Shown here one piece after another: positions 25,527 through 35,506 of a DNA stretch of 41,749 bases. Position 1 is the stretch's first letter, and each line of letters starts with the position of its first letter. The notes under the pieces were generated by a model that searched no databases, had not been told where the DNA came from, and saw nothing but the letters and a program-made list of their open reading frames with translations. Location of the stretch: UHGV virus genome UHGV-1286557. The stretch is one strand, 5' to 3'. Source of the DNA: a virus. The translations under genes and the position numbers were made by a program.

Positions 25527-28118
25527 TTATGAAAAACCAGTATCAAAACCGGTGCTAAACGCCCGCCCGAACGGCGACACGCCATCTTTTTCGTAGTATC
25601 CGTCGGAGTAATTGTAACCGGTAATCACCACGGTGCGATTACTACCCGGCGTCACGGTACTAACCAACATCATTTGCGCAGAGTGCCGCGCATCGCTGCC
25701 GAAGGAAAACTCGGTCTTTAGTGCGTCGTTACCAGTATAAATGGATTCAGCGGGCGCGGAAAGCATAACCACTTCCTGCGCGTTAGCCCCAGGAGTTACA
25801 CCAACGCTTTGCACTGACCCGTCGCGCTTTTTGAGTATGATCGAATGGTCTTCACCCGGCGTAAATTCCACCGGTTGCGAAAGTGTGAGAGTAAGCCCAC
25901 TGACCGCGATAACGTATCCATCGAACGGCGCAACACGCGACCCCTTAACCACACTTATCGGCCGTCCTGGTACGGCGAGAGCGCCTTCCTCCAGCGCTGT
26001 GAACTCAACGGCAACACGGTTAAGGCTGTTGCGCTGGTACCGGCGCCACGCATGCCAGTAGGCTTGTTGGTAATTGCGGATACCCTTTGAGTCGTAGGTG
26101 TCTGTTTTAACGCCGCCGGTCTCCGGGATCTGGATGGTTTCTTTGATGTTGGTATCCGGGTCAATGTAGCTGAATTTAAGCGAATCGTAGGCTGTGCGGT
26201 CGTTAAACTGCCGTGTCCACTTCTCTCCGGACGGCGCTTTACTGCGATGCGTGAATACCATTTCAGGACCTGCGCGAGGGCGTTCCAGGTCCAGATAGAT
26301 GCTGTGCCCCCGGCGCGACGCTGCGCAGAAAATGGCCTCGGCTATCGTGGAGATGATGTCCTGTGCCGTCGTCTCATATGAGTCGAACGTGTAACAGAAT
26401 TGCCCGGCAAGCGGCGTGCCGAAATATGCCTCGACCTCTGCTTGCGTGGCTATCAGTTTATCCATGTTTGCCGCTGTAAGATTCAGGTTACCCACCACCG
26501 GGTCGCGCATTAAGCGGATCAGAGACTGCACGGCCTGTGTGTTTTCGGTTAGCACCGTATCAAATACCCCGCCGCCGAGATATTTGTAAAGTTTTTCGGT
26601 AACAATCAGCGCCAGTTTCGGTGATTTAACTGACGTGGCGCGCGGGGTCTGTTTACGCGCGGTGTGAACGGTTGTTCGGTTGCCGTAATCATGGGTGCGC
26701 TCGTAAACCTGCCCGTAGAGCGCATCATATTTTATTTCGTCAACAACCTGGCCCTCGAAGTCGAAATCAGCATCCGTCACCCGGCGCGCTCGGACACGCA
26801 CGCGGGATGCAAACGGCAGATCGGCGATAATGCTAACGCCAGTTGAGTTTGACGACCGTCCCGATACGGTTCCCTGCACCGCGTAAACATCACCATATGG
26901 CGTGTTGTTCTGGTCAAGCAGCTGGTACTGTACCTCGGCGGTTACGCTGGCCGGCTTTTTGCTACTGCTGCCGTTGTCCTTGTACATGCCGTTATCGGCG
27001 CTGATATTCACCAGGACGCGCTCACATTCCAGGCTGGTGATAGATACCCAGTCGGTCAAACTCTTCTCTACGGTGTTAACAGGGCCGATCTCGGCCGCGT
27101 TACCGGCGGGGTCGGCGGCATTCACCTGATTAACCGTCGGGCTAATCACCTGCCAGGCTGACAGGTTACTGGAGACGTCCAGGACGATGTCGACCTCGCT
27201 AACCGAAATAACCGGATAATAGCCGTCCAGATACGGATCCGGGCCGCCGGGGTCATTCAGCGTGACGTTAGCCAGCCGTGCCGTGTCTCCGGCTTCCAGG
27301 TACGCGTTAAAGGCCGCATTACCAGATGCGTCGGTGATAGTCCCGGTTGTGCCGGATAACGACGCTATCGTGCCGCCGTCGCCGGTAATACTGGCGTTAA
27401 GGTCGTTGGGCGCCTTTAACGTCTGGCCGTCGATCTCATTCGACACGTAGGTGATGAACAGCGGTTCGGTAATCGGGTCGCCTACCAGCGTTTGCGGCAC
27501 GTCGCCGCTGTTCGGCGAAGTATATGGCGCGTATACGGCAGCCGAGGACCCGGTGATCTCCGAAAGCAGTGTATCGCCGTCCGTGATACCGCTTGCTGGC
27601 GTCGACATAGGCCCGCGGCCGACGTCGTAGTAACCGAACTCGATAACCTGGCCGGCGCTGTTATAGAGTTGGTAGCTGTTCATGAGAATCGCCGGAATAC
27701 TCTGCACCGTGCCGCAAATATCGTAAGTGCGCTCGTAAGGGCGGGCCTTGTTCGTTCGGTCCGTTAAGCTGTTATTCGGGCTCTCGGCCTGCTGGTTGGA
27801 CAGCCCCGCCGACACCGACGTTTTTTGTGATGGCATTAACAGCTTCAGGATGGGATTAAGAATTTTCCCAACGAAACTGAAAACGGCGCCCACCGCACCG
27901 CCGCCCGGCGATTCAACGACGTAATACTCGGCGTTAAGTTCGAGGCGGTCGAAATCCTCGGTCACATCGTTATCTTCGCCTATGCTGCCGATGTATACCC
28001 GGAACGGGACGCCGTCCGGAATGTGCTGTAGCACGATCCGCATCGGCGAGGCCCAAAAGCTTTTAGTCTGAAATTCGCCGTTGTCGTCGCGCGTGATTAA
28101 GTGTGTTTTCATCGCCAA
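25527..28118 (-). CDS. tail tip / host-specificity protein (J-like central fibre)
   Basis: 863 aa, directly after the NlpC/P60 K-like gene and before the tail spike. Confidence 0.6.
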   Translation of the reverse strand: MAMKTHLITRDDNGEFQTKSFWASPMRIVLQHIPDGVPFRVYIGSIGEDNDVTEDFDRLELNAEYYVVESPGGGAVGAVFSFVGKILNPILKLLMPSQKTSVSAGLSNQQAESPNNSLTDRTNKARPYERTYDICGTVQSIPAILMNSYQLYNSAGQVIEFGYYDVGRGPMSTPASGITDGDTLLSEITGSSAAVYAPYTSPNSGDVPQTLVGDPITEPLFITYVSNEIDGQTLKAPNDLNASITGDGGTIASLSGTTGTITDASGNAAFNAYLEAGDTARLANVTLNDPGGPDPYLDGYYPVISVSEVDIVLDVSSNLSAWQVISPTVNQVNAADPAGNAAEIGPVNTVEKSLTDWVSITSLECERVLVNISADNGMYKDNGSSSKKPASVTAEVQYQLLDQNNTPYGDVYAVQGTVSGRSSNSTGVSIIADLPFASRVRVRARRVTDADFDFEGQVVDEIKYDALYGQVYERTHDYGNRTTVHTARKQTPRATSVKSPKLALIVTEKLYKYLGGGVFDTVLTENTQAVQSLIRLMRDPVVGNLNLTAANMDKLIATQAEVEAYFGTPLAGQFCYTFDSYETTAQDIISTIAEAIFCAASRRGHSIYLDLERPRAGPEMVFTHRSKAPSGEKWTRQFNDRTAYDSLKFSYIDPDTNIKETIQIPETGGVKTDTYDSKGIRNYQQAYWHAWRRYQRNSLNRVAVEFTALEEGALAVPGRPISVVKGSRVAPFDGYVIAVSGLTLTLSQPVEFTPGEDHSIILKKRDGSVQSVGVTPGANAQEVVMLSAPAESIYTGNDALKTEFSFGSDARHSAQMMLVSTVTPGSNRTVVITGYNYSDGYYEKDGVSPFGRAFSTGFDTGFS

Positions 28119-28474
28119 AACTCAATTTCCTGGTAACGGTCCCGAATATCCGCCAGCGCTTCTAAGCGCACCTGGCGGGCCGCAAGTTCGCAATGGCTAA
28201 CCATACCGTCGAAGTATACCCCAGCGTGCCACACAATGCGCGACCCAACACGACAGCCCATTAACACCGCGTCGAAATTCTGCGGGGCGTCTACCCGGGA
28301 AAGCCCGGACGGATCACGGTGGCCGGCGTCAAAAGCCGCATCTATCTTGGTCGGGGAAATTACGTCGAAGATCGGCGTATCGAGCCCAGCTGCCGCACGC
28401 ACGCGGCGGACGTGATGCCAGCAATGGTAAGTCCTGAAATTGTATGGCGTGCCAGTGTAGTCGTTTATGTTCAC
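28109..28474 (-). CDS. tail assembly protein K-like (NlpC/P60 Cys-His peptidase fold)
   Basis: 121 aa; YHCWHHV (Cys) ... WHAGVYFDGMVSH (His); position between the L-like and J-like genes. Confidence 0.5.
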   Translation of the reverse strand: MNINDYTGTPYNFRTYHCWHHVRRVRAAAGLDTPIFDVISPTKIDAAFDAGHRDPSGLSRVDAPQNFDAVLMGCRVGSRIVWHAGVYFDGMVSHCELAARQVRLEALADIRDRYQEIEFWR

Positions 28475-28986
28475 GATGCGAGGACCCCGCGTAATAATGG
28501 GACCTCTGTCGGCGTCGCTAAAAGGCCTGTGCCGCGCTCGTTAAGCCGTGGCACGCCGACGTCGGCGGTAAAAACGCCCTTCTCCTGCGATAAAGACTGC
28601 AGGTCATAAGTAACCGGCCCGTCGCAGGGATAGGATAAATCTGTACTGATAAACCGGCGATACGTGAAAACAGGCCACTCCTGGTTATCCAGCGGAATAT
28701 TCTGCATTTCGTCGTCAAGCTGGTTACCGACATCCGGCAGCGTGAAAGATGCCTGCTGGTCGAGGTTGTTGCTGTTCGCCGCATTATTCGCGTTCATCGG
28801 TGACGGCTCAAACGTCACCGTTTCCCCAGTCTCCAGCGTTGCCGTTAATGGGGAAGTCCCTTTGACGATCAGATACCGCTTCGAAAGCAGCGGGTGTGTT
28901 ATCTCGACCGTTTCGTAGTCGATCTGGCCTTCCGGGTTAGAGGCCAGCTTGCGCTTATAGGCTTCGATTACCGATTCTTCGCTCAT
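28471..28986 (-). CDS. minor tail protein (L-like position)
   Basis: 171 aa, coupled within the distal tail gene block. Confidence 0.45.
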   Translation of the reverse strand: MSEESVIEAYKRKLASNPEGQIDYETVEITHPLLSKRYLIVKGTSPLTATLETGETVTFEPSPMNANNAANSNNLDQQASFTLPDVGNQLDDEMQNIPLDNQEWPVFTYRRFISTDLSYPCDGPVTYDLQSLSQEKGVFTADVGVPRLNERGTGLLATPTEVPLLRGVLAS

Positions 28987-29092
28987 TTGTATGACCTTTT
29001 CACGCTGTAATACGCCCTTTGGATGTCGCTGTGAATACGGCAGTATTTAAACCATCCGCGCATATATTCGGAGACCAACTCTTTACTTCTAC

Positions 29093-29587
29093 TCATTGCA
29101 TCGGGTCCCATATCCGCGGAAAGTGGGTCTGGTCGTAGGCATACTGCGCCAGGAAGCGGTTAAGGCTATCGCCATAGCAGCCGAAGAGTTCCGGCAGATT
29201 GGCGGTAAGACAATCGCTGTCCTGGTTAGGCGTGCGCTCGGCAGTTAACGTGAACGAGATCACCCAATTCTTTCCGTCCTGCGTGGTGTCGCTGATTGTG
29301 CTGGTGATCCAGACCTGGTGGTCCTGCAGGCCCAGGCCACTATCCAGCGTCATAACGAACGAATTGGCGCCGCCGTCTATCTGGTTCAGGAATGCGTAGA
29401 ACGCCTGCCGGCCGAGCGACGAAACAACCAGCACGACGCTAAACGGCACAGCATCATAAAAGGTATCGCGCCCCTGGCGCGGTGCGCCGCCTTGCACGTC
29501 GTTGCGATAAATGTTGTTACCGCGGGTCAGCGAGTAACCCTGGTTCACTATCGGCCGCAGAGAGGCCGGAAATCGTAAATCACTCAT
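29093..29587 (-). CDS. minor tail protein (M-like position, distal tail)
   Basis: 164 aa, immediately downstream of the tape measure gene. Confidence 0.45.
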   Translation of the reverse strand: MSDLRFPASLRPIVNQGYSLTRGNNIYRNDVQGGAPRQGRDTFYDAVPFSVVLVVSSLGRQAFYAFLNQIDGGANSFVMTLDSGLGLQDHQVWITSTISDTTQDGKNWVISFTLTAERTPNQDSDCLTANLPELFGCYGDSLNRFLAQYAYDQTHFPRIWDPMQ

Positions 29588-29589
29588 CG

Positions 29590-31929
29590 TTAGAATCCTG
29601 GCTGGTTGCGCGTGTTACGGCGGGATAGCGAGATCTGCGAATTACTGTCCTGCATGTCGCTGGATACCGTTTCCCGGATAAGTATACGTAATCGCCCCTC
29701 ATCATCGCGTTCCGTGGTGGCCTGGTCGATACGCCCGGTAGTCTGGTTGACGATAACCACGCTGTCGTTATTGTTCTGTTTGCTGCCGCTCTCTCCCATG
29801 ATCTGGCGCATCTGCTGCGCGGTGCGCACGCGCGACGCCGAGGCGGGCATAATCACTTCCGGCTTGCCACGCTCGGCGACAGTTGACGCCTGCCCGGCCG
29901 ACAGTGTGCCGCCCTGCTCGCGCGCCGACCGTATTTTAGCGACGTTAGCTGCGCCCGCGGCTACGGCAGCGGCGGCAGCGGCTACGCCCAGCGCCGGGCC
30001 GATGATAGGGATAGGGGCGAGAGCGGAATAGGCTGCGGTAGCCGCTTTGTAGGTGTTGATCACCGTTTCGGTGATGGCGGCGGCTTTATACAGCGCGTTA
30101 CCTTCGCCGAGGGCGGATTTAAGCGACGACGTGGTGTCGCTTAACGTTTTCGAGTAGGAGTCCAGGCGCTTCTCGTCGGCCTGCTGCGCGATCTGCAAAA
30201 GCGCGTTCTGATATTCTTGCTCGCTAATGATCCCTCGATCGTAAAACTCTTTGGCTTTGTCCTCTTTCGCTTTTTGCTGTACGTCGATTAGTTCCAGCTC
30301 TGTCGCGTTAAGCGCCTGGATGTCGGCGATATATTGATCATGCTGGCCCTGTTTCCTGGCGGCCTCCTGCTGCCGCTTGTCCAGTTCTTTCTGGCGGGCT
30401 TCCTCGGCGGCCAGCTGGATGTCAGTTTTCGCCTGCTCGTATTCCTGCGCGCTGATTGTGCCCAGCTTCTGGAACTCGTCCAGCTTCGCCAGTTTCTGCT
30501 GTTCCGTGGCATTGATGCGGGCGATCTCATCTCCGGAGGTACGGTCTACCTGCGCGAGAAAATCAGCGGCCGCCTTCTGCTGGCGCGCGGCTTCGTTTGC
30601 TTCACGCTTCGCGACAGCTGCAGCACGGTTAGCGGCGGCTTTATTGATCCGGTCGTTTTTCTCTTTCTCCGTCTTGTCAATGCGCGCGATATCCTGCTGG
30701 GCTTCCTTATCCCGGGCGGCATTGTACGCGGCGATCTGTTCCTGTGTGACGCCTTCACGCTTGGCGAAAGCCTCTTTATCGGCAGCAGCCATGGCGTTGA
30801 CGCGGTCACGCTCGCTTAACGTGGCGATCTGCGCGTTTTTAACAATGGCGTCGTTCTGCTCTCGGATCCGCTGGGTGGTGGAGTTTACCGCCTTACCCAT
30901 GCGATTCTGTGATTCTGTTACCAGGTCCTGCTGCTTCTGCGCGGTCGCCAGCGCGCTAGCGTTCTGCTGCGCGGCCGTGGCCTGGTCCAGCAGTTCTTTC
31001 TTATTCTCGGTGGCGGCTACCGCCGCAGCTGCCGTTGCATCGGCAACCTTCTGCGCGTTTTCGGCCGACGGCTCGGCGTTAAACTGGCGCTGGGCCACCA
31101 GCATGTCGGAAATTTCTTTTGTGCCTACGCCATAAGTCGCGGCCAGCTCATTCACCGCGGCGGCGAGGTTACCGTATTTCGCGCTGTTCGCATCGGCGAG
31201 CACGTTGATATTGGACAGCGTATCGCCGACATTCATGTTTCGCGCGATCATATCGTCCAGGGTGGCGATATTGGTCTGCGCGGCGACGCTGTTACCGAGT
31301 AGCTCTTTTCCCTGTTCGCGGATCGCCGTCGTGGCCCGCTCGATTTGCTGCGCCGCCTGCAGGCCGATCAGCTTAACCATGCTGCCGTATGCGGCGTCGC
31401 CGTTCTGGCTAAGCTGCACCAGCGCGTCGGAAAACTCGATCGTGCCATCTTTGGCGGTCTGGAACGACTTGGAAAGCTCGCTCGCTCCTTTCTCCAGGTC
31501 TTTAGCGCTGGCGCCGGTGTCGGTGAATGCCTTATACAGTACGCCACCAACGGCAGAAGCCAGGGCGATAACGGCACCCAGCACCGCGCCGCCCGGGCCG
31601 AATGCGCCGGCAAGCTGGCTGCCCTGCTGGCCGATAGCGACGAAGGCCGACGTACCGCTCTGCAGCTGCACGACCATATCCTGGACCTGGAAACCGACCT
31701 GCCCGGCGGCGTTGCGGAACTTGGCAAAGCCATCGTTAGCCGCTTTTTGGGTGGCGGTGTTAACCTTGTTGACGTCCGGCGTTAGCCGGTTAACCGACGC
31801 GTCGGCACGGTCGGCGGAGGAGGCAAACTGATCAAGCTGTTTCGCCCCGGCGTCGGCACCTTCGGTCTTCACCCTTGCAACTAGTGACGCTGTGTCAGCC
31901 ATCGTGTCTGCCCTCGAAAATGGCGTCAA
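29590..31929 (-). CDS. tail tape measure protein
   Basis: 779 aa, Ala/Gln/Glu-rich coiled-coil, Gly-Ala hydrophobic stretch, located after the G/GT chaperones. Start may be at 31902. Confidence 0.8.
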   Translation of the reverse strand: MTPFSRADTMADTASLVARVKTEGADAGAKQLDQFASSADRADASVNRLTPDVNKVNTATQKAANDGFAKFRNAAGQVGFQVQDMVVQLQSGTSAFVAIGQQGSQLAGAFGPGGAVLGAVIALASAVGGVLYKAFTDTGASAKDLEKGASELSKSFQTAKDGTIEFSDALVQLSQNGDAAYGSMVKLIGLQAAQQIERATTAIREQGKELLGNSVAAQTNIATLDDMIARNMNVGDTLSNINVLADANSAKYGNLAAAVNELAATYGVGTKEISDMLVAQRQFNAEPSAENAQKVADATAAAAVAATENKKELLDQATAAQQNASALATAQKQQDLVTESQNRMGKAVNSTTQRIREQNDAIVKNAQIATLSERDRVNAMAAADKEAFAKREGVTQEQIAAYNAARDKEAQQDIARIDKTEKEKNDRINKAAANRAAAVAKREANEAARQQKAAADFLAQVDRTSGDEIARINATEQQKLAKLDEFQKLGTISAQEYEQAKTDIQLAAEEARQKELDKRQQEAARKQGQHDQYIADIQALNATELELIDVQQKAKEDKAKEFYDRGIISEQEYQNALLQIAQQADEKRLDSYSKTLSDTTSSLKSALGEGNALYKAAAITETVINTYKAATAAYSALAPIPIIGPALGVAAAAAAVAAGAANVAKIRSAREQGGTLSAGQASTVAERGKPEVIMPASASRVRTAQQMRQIMGESGSKQNNNDSVVIVNQTTGRIDQATTERDDEGRLRILIRETVSSDMQDSNSQISLSRRNTRNQPGF

Positions 31930-32266
31930 TACGCATAATCAAATCCGCTTCCATAATGCTGATCCGCTGCCCGGTTACCGCCTTGTAATCGACGATATCG
32001 GACCACTTAAGCATTTCTCGCGGGTATATCATCATAGTATCATTAGTTTCGCGCTGTATGAATTTTAGTTCCCTGTATTTCTCGAACACACCAGCAAAAA
32101 TTAAGGGGCACTCGGGCCCCTTTAATTCTTCGCGCTGCGCGCCGGATATGACCCCCATCGAGATCAGCGCGGCCTCATGCCCCGCCGATATCTGGTCGAA
32201 CTCCTGCCGACGCTGCCGTGTTACGAATTGCCAGGTCGCAAACTCACACAGCGCTTTTACTTTGCG
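31895..32266 (-). CDS. tail assembly chaperone T segment (-1 frame extension producing the GT fusion)
   Basis: This frame is -1 relative to G and is open from 32266 to 31895. It overlaps G only at its last codons (mRNA GCA AAG UAA AAG). It ends just inside the tape measure start. Confidence 0.45.
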   Translation of the reverse strand, partial: RKVKALCEFATWQFVTRQRRQEFDQISAGHEAALISMGVISGAQREELKGPECPLIFAGVFEKYRELKFIQRETNDTMMIYPREMLKWSDIVDYKAVTGQRISIMEADLIMRIDAIFEGRHDG

Positions 32267-32673
32267 TTAAGTTCTTCCCGGATCTTGGTGTGGAAGGTGG
32301 CGACCTGCGGCGCGAGGCCGCGATACTGGCGCAGCAATTCCGCGAAGCCCTCGCGGCTAAACTCTTCATCGAACGACCAGCCGGTAACCAGTTCAACCGC
32401 GAGATCACGATTAAGGCTCTCCACCTGGATATTTCGTTTCTCGTTCCATTCGGTGTAGTTGTCTTTCGCTTTACAGGCCGCTTCCAGCTCTTCCAGCGAG
32501 GCGTCGACGGCCCGCACAGCTGCCGTGTATGCGCGTCCGGCTTCGATCGAGACATCGCAGTCCGGGCCGCGCACCTGCAGCCATTCGCCGGAGTCTTCAC
32601 CATTCGGCAGCAAGATCGGCATACGCGACCCGGCTTCGTGTTTGTCGGCAAAGTAGAAATCTTTCAGCTTCAT
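32257..32673 (-). CDS. tail assembly chaperone (G-like)
   Basis: 138 aa, acidic, between major tail and tape measure genes. Confidence 0.6.
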   Translation of the reverse strand: MKLKDFYFADKHEAGSRMPILLPNGEDSGEWLQVRGPDCDVSIEAGRAYTAAVRAVDASLEELEAACKAKDNYTEWNEKRNIQVESLNRDLAVELVTGWSFDEEFSREGFAELLRQYRGLAPQVATFHTKIREELNAK

Positions 32674-32689
32674 TTTTAACTCGCTATGG

Positions 32690-32718
32690 TTGATTTGTTG
32701 GTTGCGATATGTTTATAT
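32690..32718 (+). promoter_or_regulatory. promoter TTGATT-N17-TTATAT with TGTTGGTTGCGATAT motif as spacer
   Basis: Same architecture as the 5637-5666 promoter (hexamer, motif as spacer, TTATAY). GTTGGTTGC at 32697-32705. Drives the antisense small genes. Confidence 0.45.
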
Positions 32719-32748
32719 ACATGTAGAACTTTCAAAGAGGAATATACC

Positions 32749-32940
32749 ATGACGCAATTCATTATAGCAATTCTGGCGATGGGCCTAAACCTGGCCGTGC
32801 TGTTCTTCGTTGTACGCTATGCCACGCGGTCAAGCGAACAGGTCGAATTGTTGCGCCAGATTCTCGCGAACGCGAAACCGGAAGTAAAAAGCGAAATCGT
32901 TAAACTGACAGAAGAGAGGGCGAAACGCGTATGCAAGTAG
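32749..32940 (+). CDS. small membrane protein (moron, antisense to tail genes)
   Basis: ATG 32749 with RBS AAAGAGG; MTQFIIAILAMGLNLAVLFFVVRYA...; 63 aa. Confidence 0.5.
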   Translation: MTQFIIAILAMGLNLAVLFFVVRYATRSSEQVELLRQILANAKPEVKSEIVKLTEERAKRVCK

Positions 32941-33104
32941 AAATAAGACCATTTTTCTATAAAGATAAATTCTGCTGGGCGGCATTGGTAATAAACGGCG
33001 TGTCCATAGGTAGATTTTCTTCCGAGAGCCGGGCAAGAGAATACGCAGAAAAGATGTCACTTAAGCGAAAAAAGCTAAAACGAAGTTTTAAGTTGTTAGG
33101 TTAA
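32931..33104 (+). CDS. small basic protein (57 aa)
   Basis: Not in the ORF track. MQVEIRPFFYKDKFCWAALVINGVSIGRFSSESRAREYAEKMSLKRKKLKRSFKLLG; overlaps the previous stop. Confidence 0.35.
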   Translation: MQVEIRPFFYKDKFCWAALVINGVSIGRFSSESRAREYAEKMSLKRKKLKRSFKLLG

Positions 33105-33130
33105 GGGGCCGTTAGGCCCCCTTTCTTTTA
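33103..33130 (+). terminator. rho-independent terminator for the antisense small-gene pair
   Basis: AGGGGCC-gtta-GGCCCCT followed by TTCTTTT; also lies right at the major tail gene stop. Confidence 0.6.
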
Positions 33131-34294
33131 CGCGTACACAAGGCGCTGAATGACGATAGACGATTGCTGGCTATTACCAGTCGCCTGACCTTCAATGCTC
33201 TGCGTCACTGACTCTGCACCGCCAATCTCCGGCGTTACTGCCGTTAATTCGGCCCGCTTCATCGAGATAGACATTGCACCCTTCACACCAGACAGAATCG
33301 AGTTAATTTCGACCTGCGTCTCGTTAATGAATTTCTGGATCATCGCCATGTCGTAAAGTTTACCGGCGATAGAGAAGGTGTTGACCGCACGGCCGCGCTC
33401 GACAAACGCCACGCTATTATTACCCAGCTCGAATTGCGCCGATGCGCCGTTGTCGTTGGTGAAGGTCAGCGTATCGCACTTAAGCGGCTGAATACCATCG
33501 AACACGGAGACGTCAACCGAAGAGAACGGCTCCGCGTCAAAGGTGATCTGTGAGAAGTCCGAACCGGCCGGCGGCGCGGTGAGAATTTCCTGCGTCATGC
33601 CGATGAACGGGAAAGATCCGGTAACCATGGCGTTCACAGCCTGCTCAATAGTGAAGCCGGAAATCTCAACACCGCGGGTGACAACGAAGCTGTCCGGGTT
33701 ACCGCACTGGCCTTTGAACCAGGTAAGGATGGAGAAGGTCTTACACAGGTTGCCGGTTTCCAGCTTGTCGCCGGTGGCGTAATCAGTCTCCGCTGCGGCT
33801 GCAGTGGTGAGCGCGTACTGAATGGCTGCACCGGCCACAACGGTGTCGTTAACGCTGGTGACGATAAACGGCAGCCCGTTATTGCCCGGCAGATCGGCAA
33901 AGCGGATGAGGTCGCCAACTTCGACGCCGTCGGTAAGGAAGTTGCCCGCCGAGCGCGTGAACGTTTTGGCGCCCGCATCAACCGCAACGTCTACCGATGT
34001 ACCGGTCACACCAGCCACCCAGGAAGACGTCATCGCACCCGCGAGAAAATCATCCTGGCTGCGGGAACTCAGTTCGATCGCGTATTCGCCGGAGACCTGT
34101 TTATTCCCGGTGCGGATGAAGGATGTTTCCCGGCTGCCGTCAAGCTCGTTGGATGTCAGCGCGTCGCGGGTTACCGCGGGCACGCCGCCGGTGTTGCGCA
34201 GCGGCGACCATACCGGGCTGGTCGGTGTAGTTCCTGGCGTTGTCTCCGCAACGTAAAACTGTGCGGTAAGCGCGCCCTTATATGGCTGTACCAT
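33128..34294 (-). CDS. major tail protein
   Basis: 388 aa, immediately upstream of the chaperone genes. Confidence 0.65.
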   Translation of the reverse strand: MVQPYKGALTAQFYVAETTPGTTPTSPVWSPLRNTGGVPAVTRDALTSNELDGSRETSFIRTGNKQVSGEYAIELSSRSQDDFLAGAMTSSWVAGVTGTSVDVAVDAGAKTFTRSAGNFLTDGVEVGDLIRFADLPGNNGLPFIVTSVNDTVVAGAAIQYALTTAAAAETDYATGDKLETGNLCKTFSILTWFKGQCGNPDSFVVTRGVEISGFTIEQAVNAMVTGSFPFIGMTQEILTAPPAGSDFSQITFDAEPFSSVDVSVFDGIQPLKCDTLTFTNDNGASAQFELGNNSVAFVERGRAVNTFSIAGKLYDMAMIQKFINETQVEINSILSGVKGAMSISMKRAELTAVTPEIGGAESVTQSIEGQATGNSQQSSIVIQRLVYA

Positions 34295-34296
34295 TT

Positions 34297-34710
34297 TTAT
34301 AACCTCGCAGTAAATGCTATGAAATTAATGGATAAAGGGCGAGTGGCCCATCCGTTTTGCACTATCAGAGGCCCCAGGCTCACCGATTGCACCTCGGCGC
34401 AAATTGCGTTGCGCGACACCGCAGATCCCGCTTTAAACGCCGCATTCAATAAGTCTGCCATTTTATTGATCGGCGCGCTACCTTTCGCCTGCGCGTAGTT
34501 AATATCGACCTGATACACGCCAGCACGCTGCTCTGTCCAGAACAGGTCCGCCTGCTCCGTATCGGCCAGCAGCATGTAGCTTGCCAGATACGGCGTATCG
34601 GTGGACGTCGGCGCGTCGATATTCTCCAGCGCAACGGCGATATTGTTGGCCGTGCCGAAGGCCTTCAATGCGATGTCGAACGCTTTCGTTAAGTCCTCAA
34701 AGTAACCCAT
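34297..34710 (-). CDS. tail terminator / tail completion protein
   Basis: 137 aa, directly upstream of the major tail gene. Confidence 0.4.
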   Translation of the reverse strand: MGYFEDLTKAFDIALKAFGTANNIAVALENIDAPTSTDTPYLASYMLLADTEQADLFWTEQRAGVYQVDINYAQAKGSAPINKMADLLNAAFKAGSAVSRNAICAEVQSVSLGPLIVQNGWATRPLSINFIAFTARL

Positions 34711-35147
34711 TATCGCACCTTCGCGGCTTCTTCATCTATCAGTTGCTGGAATCGTAGCACATTAACGCGCACAACGCCTTGCGGCGCTTGCTTTGAGAAT
34801 CCGCCTACGGTGTTCGGCCCGTCGCCGGGGTAGCCCCCGTATTCGATAATGTTGGCGTAGGGCAGATTATTAGCCAGGGTAAATTCATACCAGTTAGGAT
34901 CCCGGGTAATGACGCTGCTCATCTGAGCAATGGCTTTGGATCCGGAAGGGTCGATTCCGTTTTTCACGCCCACAGCGGTATTACCACCGGACGCCGCCTG
35001 CCAGTTCATCCGAAAGCGGCCAGTGTCTACCGGACTGGCCTTGATTATTGCAGAGAACAGTTTTAGCGATACCTGGCGCATAACGGTTTCGTTATTTTTC
35101 TTCGTCTTCTCGACGAATGCCCGGACGTCAAGCGAAAAAGAGCCCAT
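34710..35147 (-). CDS. HK97 gp10-like head-tail joining protein
   Basis: ATG at 35145-35147; LANNLPYANIIEYGGY resembles the gp10-family motif. Confidence 0.45.
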   Translation of the reverse strand: MGSFSLDVRAFVEKTKKNNETVMRQVSLKLFSAIIKASPVDTGRFRMNWQAASGGNTAVGVKNGIDPSGSKAIAQMSSVITRDPNWYEFTLANNLPYANIIEYGGYPGDGPNTVGGFSKQAPQGVVRVNVLRFQQLIDEEAAKVR

Positions 35148-35506
35148 TATTTTCGCACCTGAATAAACCACGCGATCACGTCGTCGTTCACCATCTTTGT
35201 CTCGATAGCGACGATTGACCACTCGGCGCCATTAAACGACACCTTATCTTCCATGGTCGGCAGCACGCTGTGATCGGCCTTCACGATCATATCGCCAGCT
35301 TGTATGGTAGTTCCGTTCACCAGCGCCACGTTAACCGGTACAGGGACCGAGGTTAACGGGATCGTGGTCGGCGGCGATTCAACATATTCGCCTTCATCCG
35401 GGTCCCACACTTTAGACCCGGCGCGAATCAGATTAACGGCGCTGCCGTACTTACCTAAAAGGCGCGTCGCGGTTTTCTGCATGCGCTTGCTGAATGCACT
35501 GGACAT
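35147..35506 (-). CDS. head completion / head-tail adaptor protein
   Basis: 119 aa in the connector block. Confidence 0.4.
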   Translation of the reverse strand: MSSAFSKRMQKTATRLLGKYGSAVNLIRAGSKVWDPDEGEYVESPPTTIPLTSVPVPVNVALVNGTTIQAGDMIVKADHSVLPTMEDKVSFNGAEWSIVAIETKMVNDDVIAWFIQVRK

